A stretch of 20,000 nt of DNA. Origin: Malacoraja senta (Eukaryota). The stretch lies in assembly GCA_038087875.1 (NCBI GenBank), contig JAXLNO010000710.1:180655-200654 (forward strand), written 5' to 3'. Position 1 is the first letter of the stretch, and the number at the start of each line of letters is the position of its first letter. Position numbers and translations under genes: made by a program. Of this stretch, positions 1 to 10,489 are shown piece after piece. The notes beneath the pieces were generated by a model that was not told where the DNA came from, searched no databases, and saw nothing but the letters and a program-made list of their open reading frames with translations.

Positions 1-347
1 CAATAAATTGCATAACAGTCTGAAGAAGGGTCCCACCGACAGGTTCATTCCTGTCAACTAATTTTGAAGTTTGGTTGAGGAATGGGTGATGTTTTGGGTC
101 GAGGCCCTTCTTTAGACAATATTAGCATGCAACATTATGTTATATTTATTTGATATTATGATATATTTGCATGCAACATTAGACCTTTAGAGTATTTCCA
201 CAAGCTATTTTGCTAACAGTCACACTTTGGTATTTTTCTTGACAAATTAAGATCTATCCTTTCACATTCTGTCCAAACAGCAAACAGAATTAGAATTGGT
301 CATGTCTATGACAATTTCCAACCCTAATGGTGGGAGATGTGAGGAAT

Positions 348-520
348 GACGCAAGGTGCTGGAATAACTCAGCGGGTCAGGCAGCATCTCTGGAGAAAGA
401 CAGATGAAGATTTTCGGCTCGAAACGTCACGCATCCATGTTCTCCAGAGATGCTGCCTGACATGCTGACTTACTCCAGCCACTTTTCTTGGAAAACCAGC
501 ATCTGCAGACTCTTGTTTCT
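348..520. repeat. Palindromic (inverted-pair) Penelope-type terminal repeat
   Basis: gtgctggaataactcagcgggtcaggcagcatctctggagaa...ttctccagagatgctgcctgacatgctgacttactccagc, followed by the aaccagcatctgcag tail. Confidence 0.75.
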
Positions 521-775
521 GCCTAGATTTGGGGGAAATATCTGCACAAGATCAAGATCAAAATCTCAGAAAGACCAGCATTATGGAAGTGCACAAGAGG
601 TAGAAACACGGATGTGAGATTTAAAAAAAGCAATCACATTCTTTAAAAGATGCCCAACTACCAAAAATCAGTGCAAGGAAAATCTCTCAAGACAGGAAGT
701 GAAGAAGCAAAGATACATGTAGTCAGAGCAGCTAATCGGATAATCTATTAACTTGTCGCTGGGAACAATAAGACA

Positions 776-998
776 GCACAGTGGAGCAGCAGTAGAGTTA
801 CTGCCTAACAGCGGCAGAGACCCAGGTTCCATCCTGACTACGGGAGCTGTCTGTACGGAATTTGTATGTTCTCACTGTGACCTGCGTGGGTTTTCTCCAG
901 ATTCCTCCCACTCTCCAAAGACGTGCGGGGTGATCGCTGGTCAACGTGGACTCCGTGGGCCGAAGGGCCTGTTTCCACGCTGTATCTCTCAACTAAAC
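776..998 (+). mobile_element. tRNA-derived SINE (V-SINE/HE1-like)
   Basis: A-box-like gtggagcagcag and B-box-like ggttccatcc. V-domain-like tgtctgtacggaatttgtatgttctc..ctgcgtgggttttctcc. CR1-like tail gggccgaagggcctgtttccacgctgtat, ending in ctaaa. Confidence 0.8.
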
Positions 999-1209
999 AA
1001 AAAATATTTCCCTCGGACTTCAGACAAGGAGAAAGACTCAATGCTAATCAGACCCTGACCCCCTCCTGCACCTGTAAATAACTTACAAACTTAAACTTGT
1101 ATCAGCCGCTCAACCTCAGAATGTTCCAGAACATTCAAGTATCAGTTGAGCAAAGCAGCAAGTAAATGAACAATTATGGTGTCCCTTCTCGCCAGTGCAA
1201 TTAATGACA

Positions 1210-1352
1210 TGTCCCCCTCCCCCGACATCAGTCAGAAGGGTCTCGACTCAAAAGGTCACCTATTCCTTCGCTCCATAGATGCTGCCTCACCCGCTGAGTT
1301 TCTCCAGCATCTTCTTCGATTTTTCCAGCATCCGCAGTTCTTTCTTAAACAT
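1210..1352 (+). repeat. Penelope-type terminal repeat copy
   Basis: gacatcagtcagaagggtctcgactcaaaaggtcacctattccttcgctccatagatgctgcctcacccgctgagtttctccagcat matches the other copies. Confidence 0.75.
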
Positions 1353-1796
1353 TAGCAAGATCTTTATCAGATGCGAGGTTGGTACCAAGGTCTGAAGAAC
1401 TTTGCTTAAATTAGAAACTTCAAGAGGGCCCTTCTTGACAATTTTTTTTTTTTAAATCAGCATCTTAAACCACAAAATAATTGATTGACATAAGAGACGA
1501 GAACTGCAGAAGGACCAAAGCCACAAAACTATAGCACAAGATGAATGGAGGGAGGTAAAAATAACCGACACCAAGACAGACTGCATTCTCCCAGCTGGTG
1601 TTTGTAGCTTTTCTGTTGAAGTGATTTTAAGAGGAATTGTAATAGGGGGCTGATGGAAAGTTTGGAGGATACAAGGGGTCATCTGTCTTCTGAACTCACA
1701 CCATCCCGGTGGTTCAAAAAATCTTCTCTCTATCTTAAACAAAGAACCAGCATACACCAGAATAAATTGGTGCAAGTTACAGTTTTTGTTGAAAGT

Positions 1797-2222
1797 TAGA
1801 CACAAAGTGCTGGAATATCTCTGTGGGTTGGTCAGGCAGCATCTTTGGAGAATATGGATAGGTGAAGTTTTGGGTCGGACTCTGTCTTCAGACTCACACC
1901 TTCGCTCAGCCCGCCTGAACCTACCTGATCTCCTGGTTGCTGGACACTTTAATTCTCCTTCCCATTCCTACACAGTCCTTTCTGTCCTAGGTCTCCTCCA
2001 TTGTCAGTGAGGCTAAATGCAATTTGGAGGAACAGCATCTCGCAATTCAGGTAGCCCTGGCATTCCCTCTCCCTCTTTCCCTCCCCCACCCAAATCGCAC
2101 TAGCTTCTCGTTTTCACCCTACAGCAGCTGTTTGAAGAAGGGTCTCGACCCGAAACGTTACCCATTCCTTCTCTCCAGTGATGCTGCCTGTCCCGCCGAG
2201 TTACTCCAGTTTTTTGTGTCTA
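1797..2222 (+). mobile_element. Penelope-like retroelement remnant: GIY-YIG endonuclease C-terminal fragment between inverted terminal repeats
   Basis: About 1897-2041 translates as HLRSARLNLPDLLVAGHFNSPSHSYTVLSVLGLLHCQ / EAKCNLEEQHL, resembling the PVAxHFNS..HS..LEEQHLI motif of Penelope GIY-YIG domains. 1797-1893 and 2132-2222 are inverted copies of the terminal repeat. Confidence 0.8.
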
Positions 2223-2350
2223 TCTTCCTACACACAAAGTTTTGTTGAGCTTTGGTTTGGGGAATTGGAGGAGTGATGGTGGGGCAGAGGGAGAAAGACA
2301 CAATCACGTAACATTTCTAACCACTGACCTGTAACATTAAACTGTGAATA

Positions 2351-2492
2351 TTGATTAGTACGGATGTCTGGGGTTATGGGGAGAAGGCAGGAGAATGGGT
2401 TTAAGGGGGAAAGACAGATCAGCTATGAATGAATGATGGGAGTAGATTTGATGGGCCAAATGGCCTAATTCTGCTCCCATCACTTATGAACA
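2351..2492 (+). mobile_element. CR1 LINE 3' end fragment
   Basis: gggttatggggagaaggcaggagaatggg..gatgggccaaatggcctaattctgctcc is shared with the other CR1 tails in the window. Confidence 0.7.
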
Positions 2493-2525
2493 TGAATATC
2501 AGTTTAGAAAATAATGGTCGCTCAC

Positions 2526-3392
2526 CTTCAATCACTGAAGACCCTGCACTGGAAGACCATTTGGACCGAGGTTTACAAGTGCCACTATCCTTTCCATCCT
2601 TTGATTTCCCTTCCAACTCTTCTTCTTGTGCAGCAACCTTGTCGTGGGTGATGTTTGTGGCCAGAGGGGGCTCCTCAGTGTTGACGTTGCAGTCGTCACC
2701 CACATCTTCGCCCCGAGGCAGGGGCGATCCGCCACCCCCCGCACCGTCAGATGCTTGCTGTGGACCATCACCCGCCACGCCATCCGCCCTCTCCGGGTTG
2801 GACTCCGTTCCCGCGTTCACCTTGTCCGTCTGCGGGGCCGACTCCGGGACGCCCGTCTCCACCGCCACGTCCGCGCGCTCGGCTTGGTTCCCGGGAGGAC
2901 CCGGGGCGCCGTCATTCTCGGCGACCTCTCTGGCGCCAGCTGCCCCTTTGCTGGGCGCGGGCTCCGCCGACTGCAACATGTAGTCCATCGCCCCGCCCTC
3001 TTCGTCCGCCCGACACGGATCGTTCAGTCGGTACAGCGAAGGGCCGGTGTGCCCGTCTCCTGAAGGGGAGTCGTTATAAAACGCCTCCAGCTCTCTCCTT
3101 TCACCGTTGCCTTCACTGAAGTTTTTGGGTTTAATCCACACCTCGTTGCCTCCATCCGTATTCAGCTTTACCGTGACTTGTTCATTAGTAGGGGGAGGCT
3201 TGAGGCCACTCCCCTCGTCAGCAGTGGAAGTCGGAGCCCTCTCTGTGCTGGGCTGTGAAGAATCAAACGAGATGTCCATATCCACATAAGCAGACCGGAT
3301 GCTGGTGCTTTGTTGGGTACTCTCATTAGCAAGACAGTTGGTGGACTCTGCAACGTTGTCAGCTTCCATGGTTAGATTGTGCTCACAGACTA
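2526..3392 (-). CDS. Large candidate coding exon of an unidentified minus-strand gene; acidic, Ser/Gly/Pro/Glu-rich, probably disordered peptide (..MEADNVAESTNCLANE...KWSSSAGSSVIE)
   Basis: Lies in the longest ORF (2419-3456). On the minus strand it is bounded by a polypyrimidine acceptor (ttttctcccctcccag|TAGTC, at 3392) and a consensus donor (ATTGAAG|gtgagc, at 2526). Length is 867 nt with phase 1-1. An in-frame ATG at 3369 has strong Kozak context (accATGG). The interior is GC/CpG-rich and not repeat-like. No domain recognised. Confidence 0.75.
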
Positions 3393-3490
3393 CTGGGAGG
3401 GGGAGAAAATGCAGAGAGATACAAATGATTAAACAAAAAAAAAAGGTTCTTTGCAAAGACAGTTACAAATAGATAGTAATCACAGTCGAA

Positions 3491-3690
3491 AGACACAAAA
3501 CGCTGGAGGAACTCAATGGGACAGGCAACATCTCCGGAGAGGAGGAATGGGAGACCTTTCCTTGGACAGAATCTGAAGAAAGGGTCTCGACCCGAAATAT
3601 CGCCCATTCCTTCTCCCCAGAGATGCTGCCTCACCCGCTGAGTTACTCCAGCATTTTGATTTAAACCAGCATCTGCAGTTCTTTCTTACA
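3491..3690. repeat. Palindromic Penelope-type terminal repeat with hammerhead-like core
   Basis: agacacaaaacgctggag..ggagaggaggaatggg pairs with cccattccttctccccagagatgctg..ctccagcattttg. The core CTGAAGAAAGGGTCTCGACCCGAAA is at 3573-3597. Confidence 0.8.
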
Positions 3691-3794
3691 CATCTGCAGC
3701 TCCTTCCTACGCATAGTAATCTATTTCTCATGAGTGGGAGTCTTCACAAACCAGGTGAAACAGCCGAATTAAGTTCCCTCTCCTTCTTTTACAA

Positions 3795-3980
3795 CCTATT
3801 GTCCCCTTTTCATCCCCAGCTCTTGTCCACTCATCTGCCAAAGTCCCCTCACCTGCATCCACCTATCACTTCCCAGGCTTTGTCCCACTCCCACCTTTCA
3901 CCCCCGACTACAACAAATGTAGAAGGGTCCCAACCCGAAACATCGCTATCCGTGACCTCCAGAGATGCTGCCTCGCCCGG
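3795..3980 (+). repeat. Degenerate Penelope-type 3' region and terminal repeat
   Basis: Pyrimidine-rich cacctgcatccacctatcacttcccaggctttgtccc.. is followed by gaagggtcccaacccgaaacatc..ctccagagatgctgcc. Confidence 0.6.
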
Positions 3981-4359
3981 CCTAGGCACCACACGTTCGG
4001 GAAGACTTCCGGGGGGGGGGGGGGTGGGGGTGGGGGGGTGGTGGGAGAGAGGAGGATTTCAAGTGCGCTCTCGTAATTTTGTCTGGATTAAAGGTGCCGG
4101 ACCAGCTGTTGCTGGAAAAATCGGTGGTGGACCTGCATCTTATGACACAGATAACTGCAAAATGGAGAGTAGAAATAATGGATTTGTACCCAACCAGAGA
4201 ATGCCATTGGATGCTCCAGAAAACAAAATTCATCCTGAGATTCTCATGTTTTCACTATTATTAAATGTAATTTGCATAAACAGGGGGGGGGGGGGGATTT
4301 AATATCAATGACAGAAAGCAAAGTAGCTAAGGAATAAGAGAACGCACAGGTTATTGGGC

Positions 4360-4823
4360 ATAATCCAGGAATGAGTGGGTTAGCATATGATGAGCGTCTG
4401 ACAGCACTGGGCATCTACTCACTGGAGTTTAGAAGGATGAGGGGGGGGGGGAATCTCTTTGAAACTTACTGAATAGTGAAAGGCCTAGATAGAGTGGATA
4501 TGGAGAGGATGTTTCCACTAGTGGGAGAGTCTAGGACCAGAGGTCATAGCCTCAGAATTAAAGGATGTTCCTTTCGGAAGGAGATGAGGAGGAATTTCTT
4601 TAGTCAGAATCTGCGGAATTCATTGCCTTAGAAGGCTGCGGAGGCCATCCATCAGTGGATATTTTTACGGTAGAGAGGTAGATTCGTGATTAGTACAGGT
4701 GTCTGGGGTTAAGTGGAGATGTCAGGAGAATGGGGTCGAGAGTGTAAGACAGATCAGCATCAATTGAAAGGCAGAGTGGACTTGATGGGCTGAATGGCCC
4801 AATTCTGCTCCTAACACTTATGA
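4360..4823 (+). mobile_element. CR1 LINE 3' fragment (ORF2 C-terminus and 3' UTR)
   Basis: Degenerate IPGMSGLAYDERLTALGIYSLEFRRMRG..ESRTRGHSLRIKG motif followed by the CR1 tail. Confidence 0.85.
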
Positions 4824-5265
4824 ACTACTGCACATACGGTTCCTTGTTGGAAAATTAGAGAATTTACTTTGGATTTGTGAAAGAAAAAAAATCAGAATGT
4901 TTTCTAAATGCTGGAAGAATGGGAATGGTGAAGGGCCATGTGGATTAAAGTATCCATGCAGAGAAATAATCATTAAAAATGTTTCAGAATAGGGAAAACA
5001 TTCACAATTGATATTGCAGCCTCTGCTATCTGGAATAGCGTGCTGAGTTTCGAGCACAAATACTTGAAAACAAAACATACCGTCCTTGGAGATGGTACAG
5101 TGTAGATTATCACAGTTTATACAGGCAAATTCAAGGACAGACTACATACACATAGCTTCTATTCTCTTGAGTGATTTGGGGAGAGAGGGATAGCACGTCT
5201 TATTCAAATATGACTGTTGGTTTCAACTGGGCTTAGGAAATTAGAAGAGTCCCCATAATACACAA

Positions 5266-5736
5266 TGTTTAAGAAAGAACTGCAGATGCTGGAAAAATCA
5301 AAGGTAGACAAAAATGCTGGAGAAACTCAGCGGGCGAGGGAGCCTCTACGGAGCGATGGAATAGACACTAGGTGCAGGAGTGGGCCATTCGGCCCTTCGA
5401 GCCAGTACCGCCATTCAATGTGATCATGGCTGATCATCCACAATCAGTACCCCGTTCCTGCCTTCTTCCCATATCCCCATGACTCTGCTATCTTTAAGAG
5501 CCCTATCTAGCTCTCTCTTGAAAGTATCCAGAACTGGCCTCCACCCCCCTCTGAGGTAGAGAATTCCACAGACTCACAACTCTGTGTGAAAAGGTGTGGC
5601 CCCTGATTCTGGACTCCACCAACATCGGGAACCGGTGACGTTTCGAGTCTGAAGAAGGGTCTCAACCCAAAACGTCATCAATTCCTTCGCTCCATAGATG
5701 CTGCCTCATCCACTGAGTTTCCCCAGCATTTTTTTT
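5266..5736. repeat. Palindromic Penelope-type repeat interrupted by a minus-strand CR1 3' fragment (about 5362-5632)
   Basis: The left half ends at ..ggagcgatggaatag and resumes at ggtgacgtttcgagtctgaagaagggtctc.. (5634). The intervening sequence is a reverse CR1 tail (aggtgcaggagtgggccattcggcccttcgagcc..). Confidence 0.8.
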
Positions 5737-5764
5737 TATCATAATAGACAGTGGTTACTCGTAG

Positions 5765-6187
5765 AGTCAAAGAATGATACAGTGTGGAAACAGGCCCTTC
5801 GACCCAACTTGTCCACTGGCCAACATGCCCCAGCTACACTAGTCCCACCTGCCCGGGTTTGGGCCGTATCCCTCCAAACCCGTTCTATCCATGTACCTGT
5901 CCTACTGTTTCTTAAATGTTGGGATAGCCCCAGCCTCAACTACCTCCTCTGGCAGCTCATTTCATACACCCACCACCCTTTGTGTGAAAAAGTTACACCT
6001 CAGATTCCTATTAAACCTTTTCCCCTTCACCTTGAACCCGTGTCCTCTGGTCCTCGATTTGCCTACTCTGGGCAAGAGATTCTACAAGATCACACCTCAT
6101 CCTGCTGAACTCCAAAGAATATAGTCCCAACCTGCTCAACCTCTCGCTATTGATCAGACCCTCTAGCCCTGGCAACATCCTTGTAAA
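5765..6187 (-). mobile_element. CR1 LINE 3' fragment, second subfamily
   Basis: Reverse-strand tail (gatacagtgtggaaacaggcccttcg..) and ORF2 C-terminal remnants. Confidence 0.75.
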
Positions 6188-6981
6188 TCAAACTCATCAA
6201 ACTGGATTCATTTGACACTGATCAATGGTTCTTTGGTGGGTGAGGAGTTGTAAGAGAATGTATTCGAGCATCGAGAGCTATTGACCAAGATCTACTTGAG
6301 GGGAAGAACATGGGTGGGCAAAATGTCCTTTGAAACAACCGTCACAAAATTGAACAACATGTATGAAAATGTTAACTTTTATAACTTCAAACCAAGTGGG
6401 TTCATGCATTTGCGCTCCCTCAGAATTATGTGCCATCTACAAAAACAGAGACAGATTATTCAGCCCAATTGAATTGTGCAGTTACACTTCCCGCTATTCT
6501 TCCCAAGCTCTCAATAAACACTAATGGAGAGTGTTTAAAGGTAAATGAGAAAAATCTGGATTCCATGATGCACTTTCAACATGGCAGTGCAAGAGCAGAT
6601 ATGGATCACAGCACCTCCGAGGCAGGAATATACGAGCTGAAGTATGGAAATCAAACTAGATACAACACAGAAATCAAACTGCTCATGTTACCGGCAGCTG
6701 ATCAGAATAAAATAAAGTTGTGAAACATATTGCAGGAATCACAAGAAACTATTAAACGATGAGAATGGACACATGATTAACACATATGTATAATCATGGT
6801 GCACATTTTATTGCGAAGAACATGGGTGCCGCAGTGCATTATAATCTAAATGCAGTAGTAGATTCAATGTGCACCTATACAAAAAGTGCCACCAGTACAT
6901 AACAAAACGCAAACCAAATGCAAGTATCATTTCCAGACGGATAAAGCTAAGCAGCAAAGAACAGCATTTTGAATCAGCAAA

Positions 6982-8478
6982 GAGTCTGTGGAATTCTCTG
7001 CCTCAGAGGGCGATGGAGGCCGGTTCTCTGGATACTTTAAAGCAAGATAGGGCTCTTAAAGATAGCGGAGTCAGGGGATATGGGGAGAAGGCAAGAACGG
7101 GGTACTGATTGGGGATGATCAGCCATGATCACATTGAATGGCGGTGCTGGCTCGAAGGGCCGAACGGCCTACTCCTGCACCTATTGTCTAAAATGGTCTA
7201 CATAATTCATCTCTTTTGTGGATTCTACAAAAGTCTTAGGAAACACTACTGTGCGAACACACTTGATTTGAACAAAGTGAGTTCCAAATAATCATATTGC
7301 ATGCAATTATTAATAACCAATTGAAAAAAAAACCACAATGAAATGCATGGCCAATGATTAATCTAATCACTCTCTCATGAAAGCATACATCAATAGAGCA
7401 AGACGAGAATTTTTTAGTCAGCCAGTTCCCAGAGGAACGCCCCCAAAAGTACAATGTTTAAGGATGATTTAACCCACCCACCCACATCTTTGGATTGTGG
7501 AGAGGCAGGCAGAATATCCAGAAGAAACCTATGCCACCTTGGGGAGAGCAAGCAAACTGCAGAGAGCAGGAGGGCAAAATTAGCCCCTGGCCAATGGAGT
7601 TGCAAAGCAGAACTTCTACCAGCTGTGCAACTGCGAAACAGCAAAAAATAATACATGTTGCCCAATTTACTATTTGCCTTCTGTTTTAAGCGAAGACTGA
7701 CCGAGTCTTGATTTGTGCGGGTGTCAAAGGTTATGGTGAGAAGGCAGGAGCATGGGTTGAGAGGGAAAGGCAGATCAGCATGATAGAGTGGAGTGGACTT
7801 GATGGGCCGAATGGCCTAATTCTGTTCCTGTGACATGAACTTATGGAATGGCTGCTCAATGGATGGCAGAGACTCAGTGGGCCGAAGGGCGTTTTCAAGC
7901 ATTGTCACTCTACAATTGAAATGTATCTTGTCATGTGGGTGGATTTTGAGTTGTGTGTCTGCAAACCATTTGATTATATGGAGGAAATCATCCTTAAACA
8001 TTGTACTTTTGGGGGCGTTCCTCTGGGAACTGGCTGACTAAAAATTCCCGTCTTGCTCTATTGATGTATGCTTTCATGAGAGAGTGATTAGATTAATCAT
8101 TAGCCATGTATTTCATTGTGCGGTTTTTTATTTTCAATTGGTTATTAATAATTGCATGCAATATGGTTTTCTTATTTGGAACTCACTCTGTTCAAACCAA
8201 GTGTGTTCACACAGCAGCGTTTCCTAAGACTTTTGTAGAATCCACAAAATGGAAATGGATTATACAGACCATTTTAGACAATAGGTGCAGGAGTAGGCCA
8301 TTCGGCCCTTCGAGCCAGCATCGCCATTCAATGTGATTATGGCTGATCATCCACAATCAGTACCCCGTTCCTGCCTTCTCCCCATATCCCCTATCTTTAA
8401 GAGCCCTATCTAGCTCTCTCTTGAAAGTATCCAGAGAACCGGCCTCCACTGCCCTCTGAGGCAGAGAATTCCAGACTC
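6982..8478. repeat. Long inverted duplication: arms 6982-7470 and 7985-8478, spacer about 514 bp
   Basis: The arms are reverse complements along their length, e.g. gtcagccagttcccagaggaacgcccccaaaagtacaatgtttaaggatgattt vs aaatcatccttaaacattgtacttttgggggcgttcctctgggaactggctgac. Each arm has a CR1 3' tail plus about 280 bp not recognised as a repeat. Confidence 0.95.
7700..7845 (+). mobile_element. CR1 3' tail fragment within the spacer of the inverted duplication
   Basis: ggttatggtgagaaggcaggagcatggg..gatgggccgaatggcctaattctgttcc. Confidence 0.7.
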
Positions 8479-9016
8479 ACAACTCACTGTGAGAAAAAGT
8501 GTTTCCTCATCTCTGTTCTAAATGGCTTACCCCTTATTCTTAAACTGTGGCCCTGGTTCTGGACTCCCACAACATCAGGAACATGTTTCCTGCCTCTAGC
8601 GTGTCCAAACCCTTAACAATCTTATATGTTTCAATAAGATCTCCTCTCAACCTTCTAAACTCCAGAGTGTACAAGCTCAGCCGTTCCATTCTCCCAGCAT
8701 ATGACAGTCCCGCCATCCTGGGAATTAACCTTGTAAACCTACGCTGCACTCACTCAATAGCAATAATGTCCTTCCTCAAATTAGGGGACCAAAACTGCAC
8801 ACAATACTCCAGGTGTGGTCTCACTAGGGCCCTATACAACTACAGAAGGACCTCTTTGCTCCGATACTCAACTCCTCATGTTATGAAGGCCAACATGCCA
8901 TTCGCTTTCTTCACTGCCTGCTGTACCTGCATGCTTACCTTCATTGACTGATGAACAAGGACCCCCAGATCCCGTTGTACTTCCTCTTTTCCCAACTTGA
9001 CACCATTTAGATAATA
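8276..9016 (-). mobile_element. CR1 LINE 3' fragment (~740 bp)
   Basis: Minus-strand ORFs YYLNGVKLGKEEVQRDLGVLVHQSMKVSMQVQQAVKKANGMLAFI and QRRFTRLIPRMAGLSYAGRMERLSLYTLEFRRLRGDLIETYKIVKGLD match CR1 ORF2 C-terminal motifs. Confidence 0.92.
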
Positions 9017-9030
9017 AATGGTGGCAAGTA

Positions 9031-9133
9031 GAGTCTGAAGAGCCTCGACAAGAAACATCACCCATTCAGCCCAACTTGCTGAGTTACTCCAGCATTTTGT
9101 GTCTCCCCTTAGTATAAACCAGCATCTGCAGTT
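9031..9133 (+). repeat. Penelope-type terminal repeat copy (internally deleted)
   Basis: gagtctgaagagcctcgacaagaaacatcaccc..gctgagttactccagcattttgtgtct..aaaccagcatctgcagtt. Confidence 0.65.
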
Positions 9134-9354
9134 GAATTCGAGTGCAAGTTTTGAGTTTAGTTTATTACTGAGGTAGAGTGAAAAGCTTTTGCAGCGTGCT
9201 TATCAGTCAGTGGAAAGCCAATACACGATTACAATCAAGCCGTCCACAGCGTACAGATACAGGATAAAGAGAATAGTGTAACGTTTAGTGCAAAATAAAG
9301 TCCAGTAAAGTCTGATCAAAATAGACCGCAGGGCATCTTTTATTTTTAACTTTG

Positions 9355-9697
9355 ATAGGACAGGTTTGGAGGGAAATGGACCAAATCAGGCAGGTGGGAC
9401 TAGTGTAGATGAGACATGTTGGCTGGTGTGGGTAAGTTGGGCCGAAAGGCCTGTTTCCACACTGTATCCCTCTATAACTCTATGAGTAGTGGAGGCCTGG
9501 AATGCATGGCCTGGGGTGGTGGTGGAGGCAGATACGATAGCGGCATTTAGGAGGCTTTTAGATAGGCACATGGAAGTGCAGGGAATAGAGGGATATGGAC
9601 CATGTGCAGGCAGTTGAGTTCAGTTTAACTTGGCATCATGTTCGGCATGTTCATCGTGGGCCGAAGGACCTTTTCCTGTGCTGTGGTACATTCTATG
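9355..9697 (+). mobile_element. Two tandem CR1 3' end fragments
   Basis: Tails ending gggccgaaaggcctgtttccacactgta and gggccgaaggaccttttcctgtgctgt. Confidence 0.65.
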
Positions 9698-10091
9698 TCC
9701 GGATGCAAAAATATAAACATCCTTCAATCAGAAATACAAATGAAAAACAGGTTTCCACCACGGCGTTTCCCATAATATTTTTGGTAAAAGCAGAATCCTA
9801 CATTTCTAAACATAGAGCCCCTGAGGACAAATCCCATATCAGGCTGGATTTGCTGAGATCTGGTGTCTGATGCAGAGAGAAGGTTGAGAGAAAACTGGAG
9901 GCAAGTATTTAGCAGCAAGCTATTTCACACAAATTAAGGCCAGCTATGGTTGACAATTAATTTTTGTGTTAGATTTGTTATATTCAGCAGCAAAAAAACA
10001 TTGCTCAGAATTTCTCACTCGCAGCATTGCAAGAGCAATCAGGTTATTTGTTCTTCACAGAAAGATTGAGTATGACCATACATAATAGGGG

Positions 10092-10345
10092 CAGGGTGGA
10101 GGTAGGGTTGCTGGCTCACAGCGCCAGAGACCCGGGTTCGATCCTGACTACGGGTGCTGTCTGTACGTTCTCCCCGTGACCTGCGTGGGTTTTCTCCCAC
10201 ATCCCAAAGACGTACAGGTTTGTAGGTTAATTGGGTTTGGTAAAGATTACAAATTGTGCGTAGTGTGATAGTGCTGGTGCACAGAGATAGTGGTCGAATC
10301 GGTGTGCCGAAGGGCCTGTTTCCGTGCAGTATCTCTACACTAAAC
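10092..10345 (+). mobile_element. tRNA-derived SINE (V-SINE/HE1-like)
   Basis: cacagcgccagagacccgggttcgatcctgactacgggtgctgtctgt.. with a B-box GGTTCGATCC and the same tail as the copy at 776-998. Confidence 0.8.
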
Positions 10346-10365
10346 AGAACAAATGTATAAAGAAA

Positions 10366-10439
10366 CGACACAAAGTGCTGGAGTAACTCAGCGGGCCAGG
10401 CAATATCTCTGGAGAACATGGAAAGGTGACATTTCGGGT
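10366..10439 (-). repeat. Penelope-type terminal repeat copy
   Basis: gacacaaagtgctggagtaactcagcgggccaggcaatatctctggagaacatggaaaggtgacatttcgggt. Confidence 0.7.
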
Positions 10440-10489
10440 GTATACCCAAACCAACACCCACAAGTAGCACAGAAAATCATACTTTAGAT

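Noticed and set aside
776..845. tRNA-like A/B boxes
   Set aside because: This is the head of a SINE, followed by a V-domain-like body and a LINE tail; it is not a tRNA gene.
1452..1805. 117-aa minus ORF as the next exon of the gene
   Set aside because: The best acceptor (ctttgtttaag) gives an early stop in phase 1, and there is no clear donor.
2429..3289. Several + strand ORFs of 60-184 aa
   Set aside because: They are antisense shadows of the GC-rich minus-strand exon, and the splice signals support only the minus strand.
4011..4044. G-tracts with G-quadruplex potential (also near 4283, 11471, 11927, 12875)
   Set aside because: Homopolymer G/C runs are common throughout the window and their length is unreliable; no evidence of function.
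3730..4302. 190-aa + strand ORF
   Set aside because: It runs through a Penelope-type repeat and poly-G tracts, with no recognisable domain.
5080..5141. Possible small minus-strand exon with donor GACG|gtatgt, phase-compatible with the large exon
   Set aside because: The acceptor lacks a polypyrimidine tract, so support is too weak without transcript data.
6281..6723. Short ORFs in non-repetitive sequence
   Set aside because: No recognisable motif or consistent splice signals.
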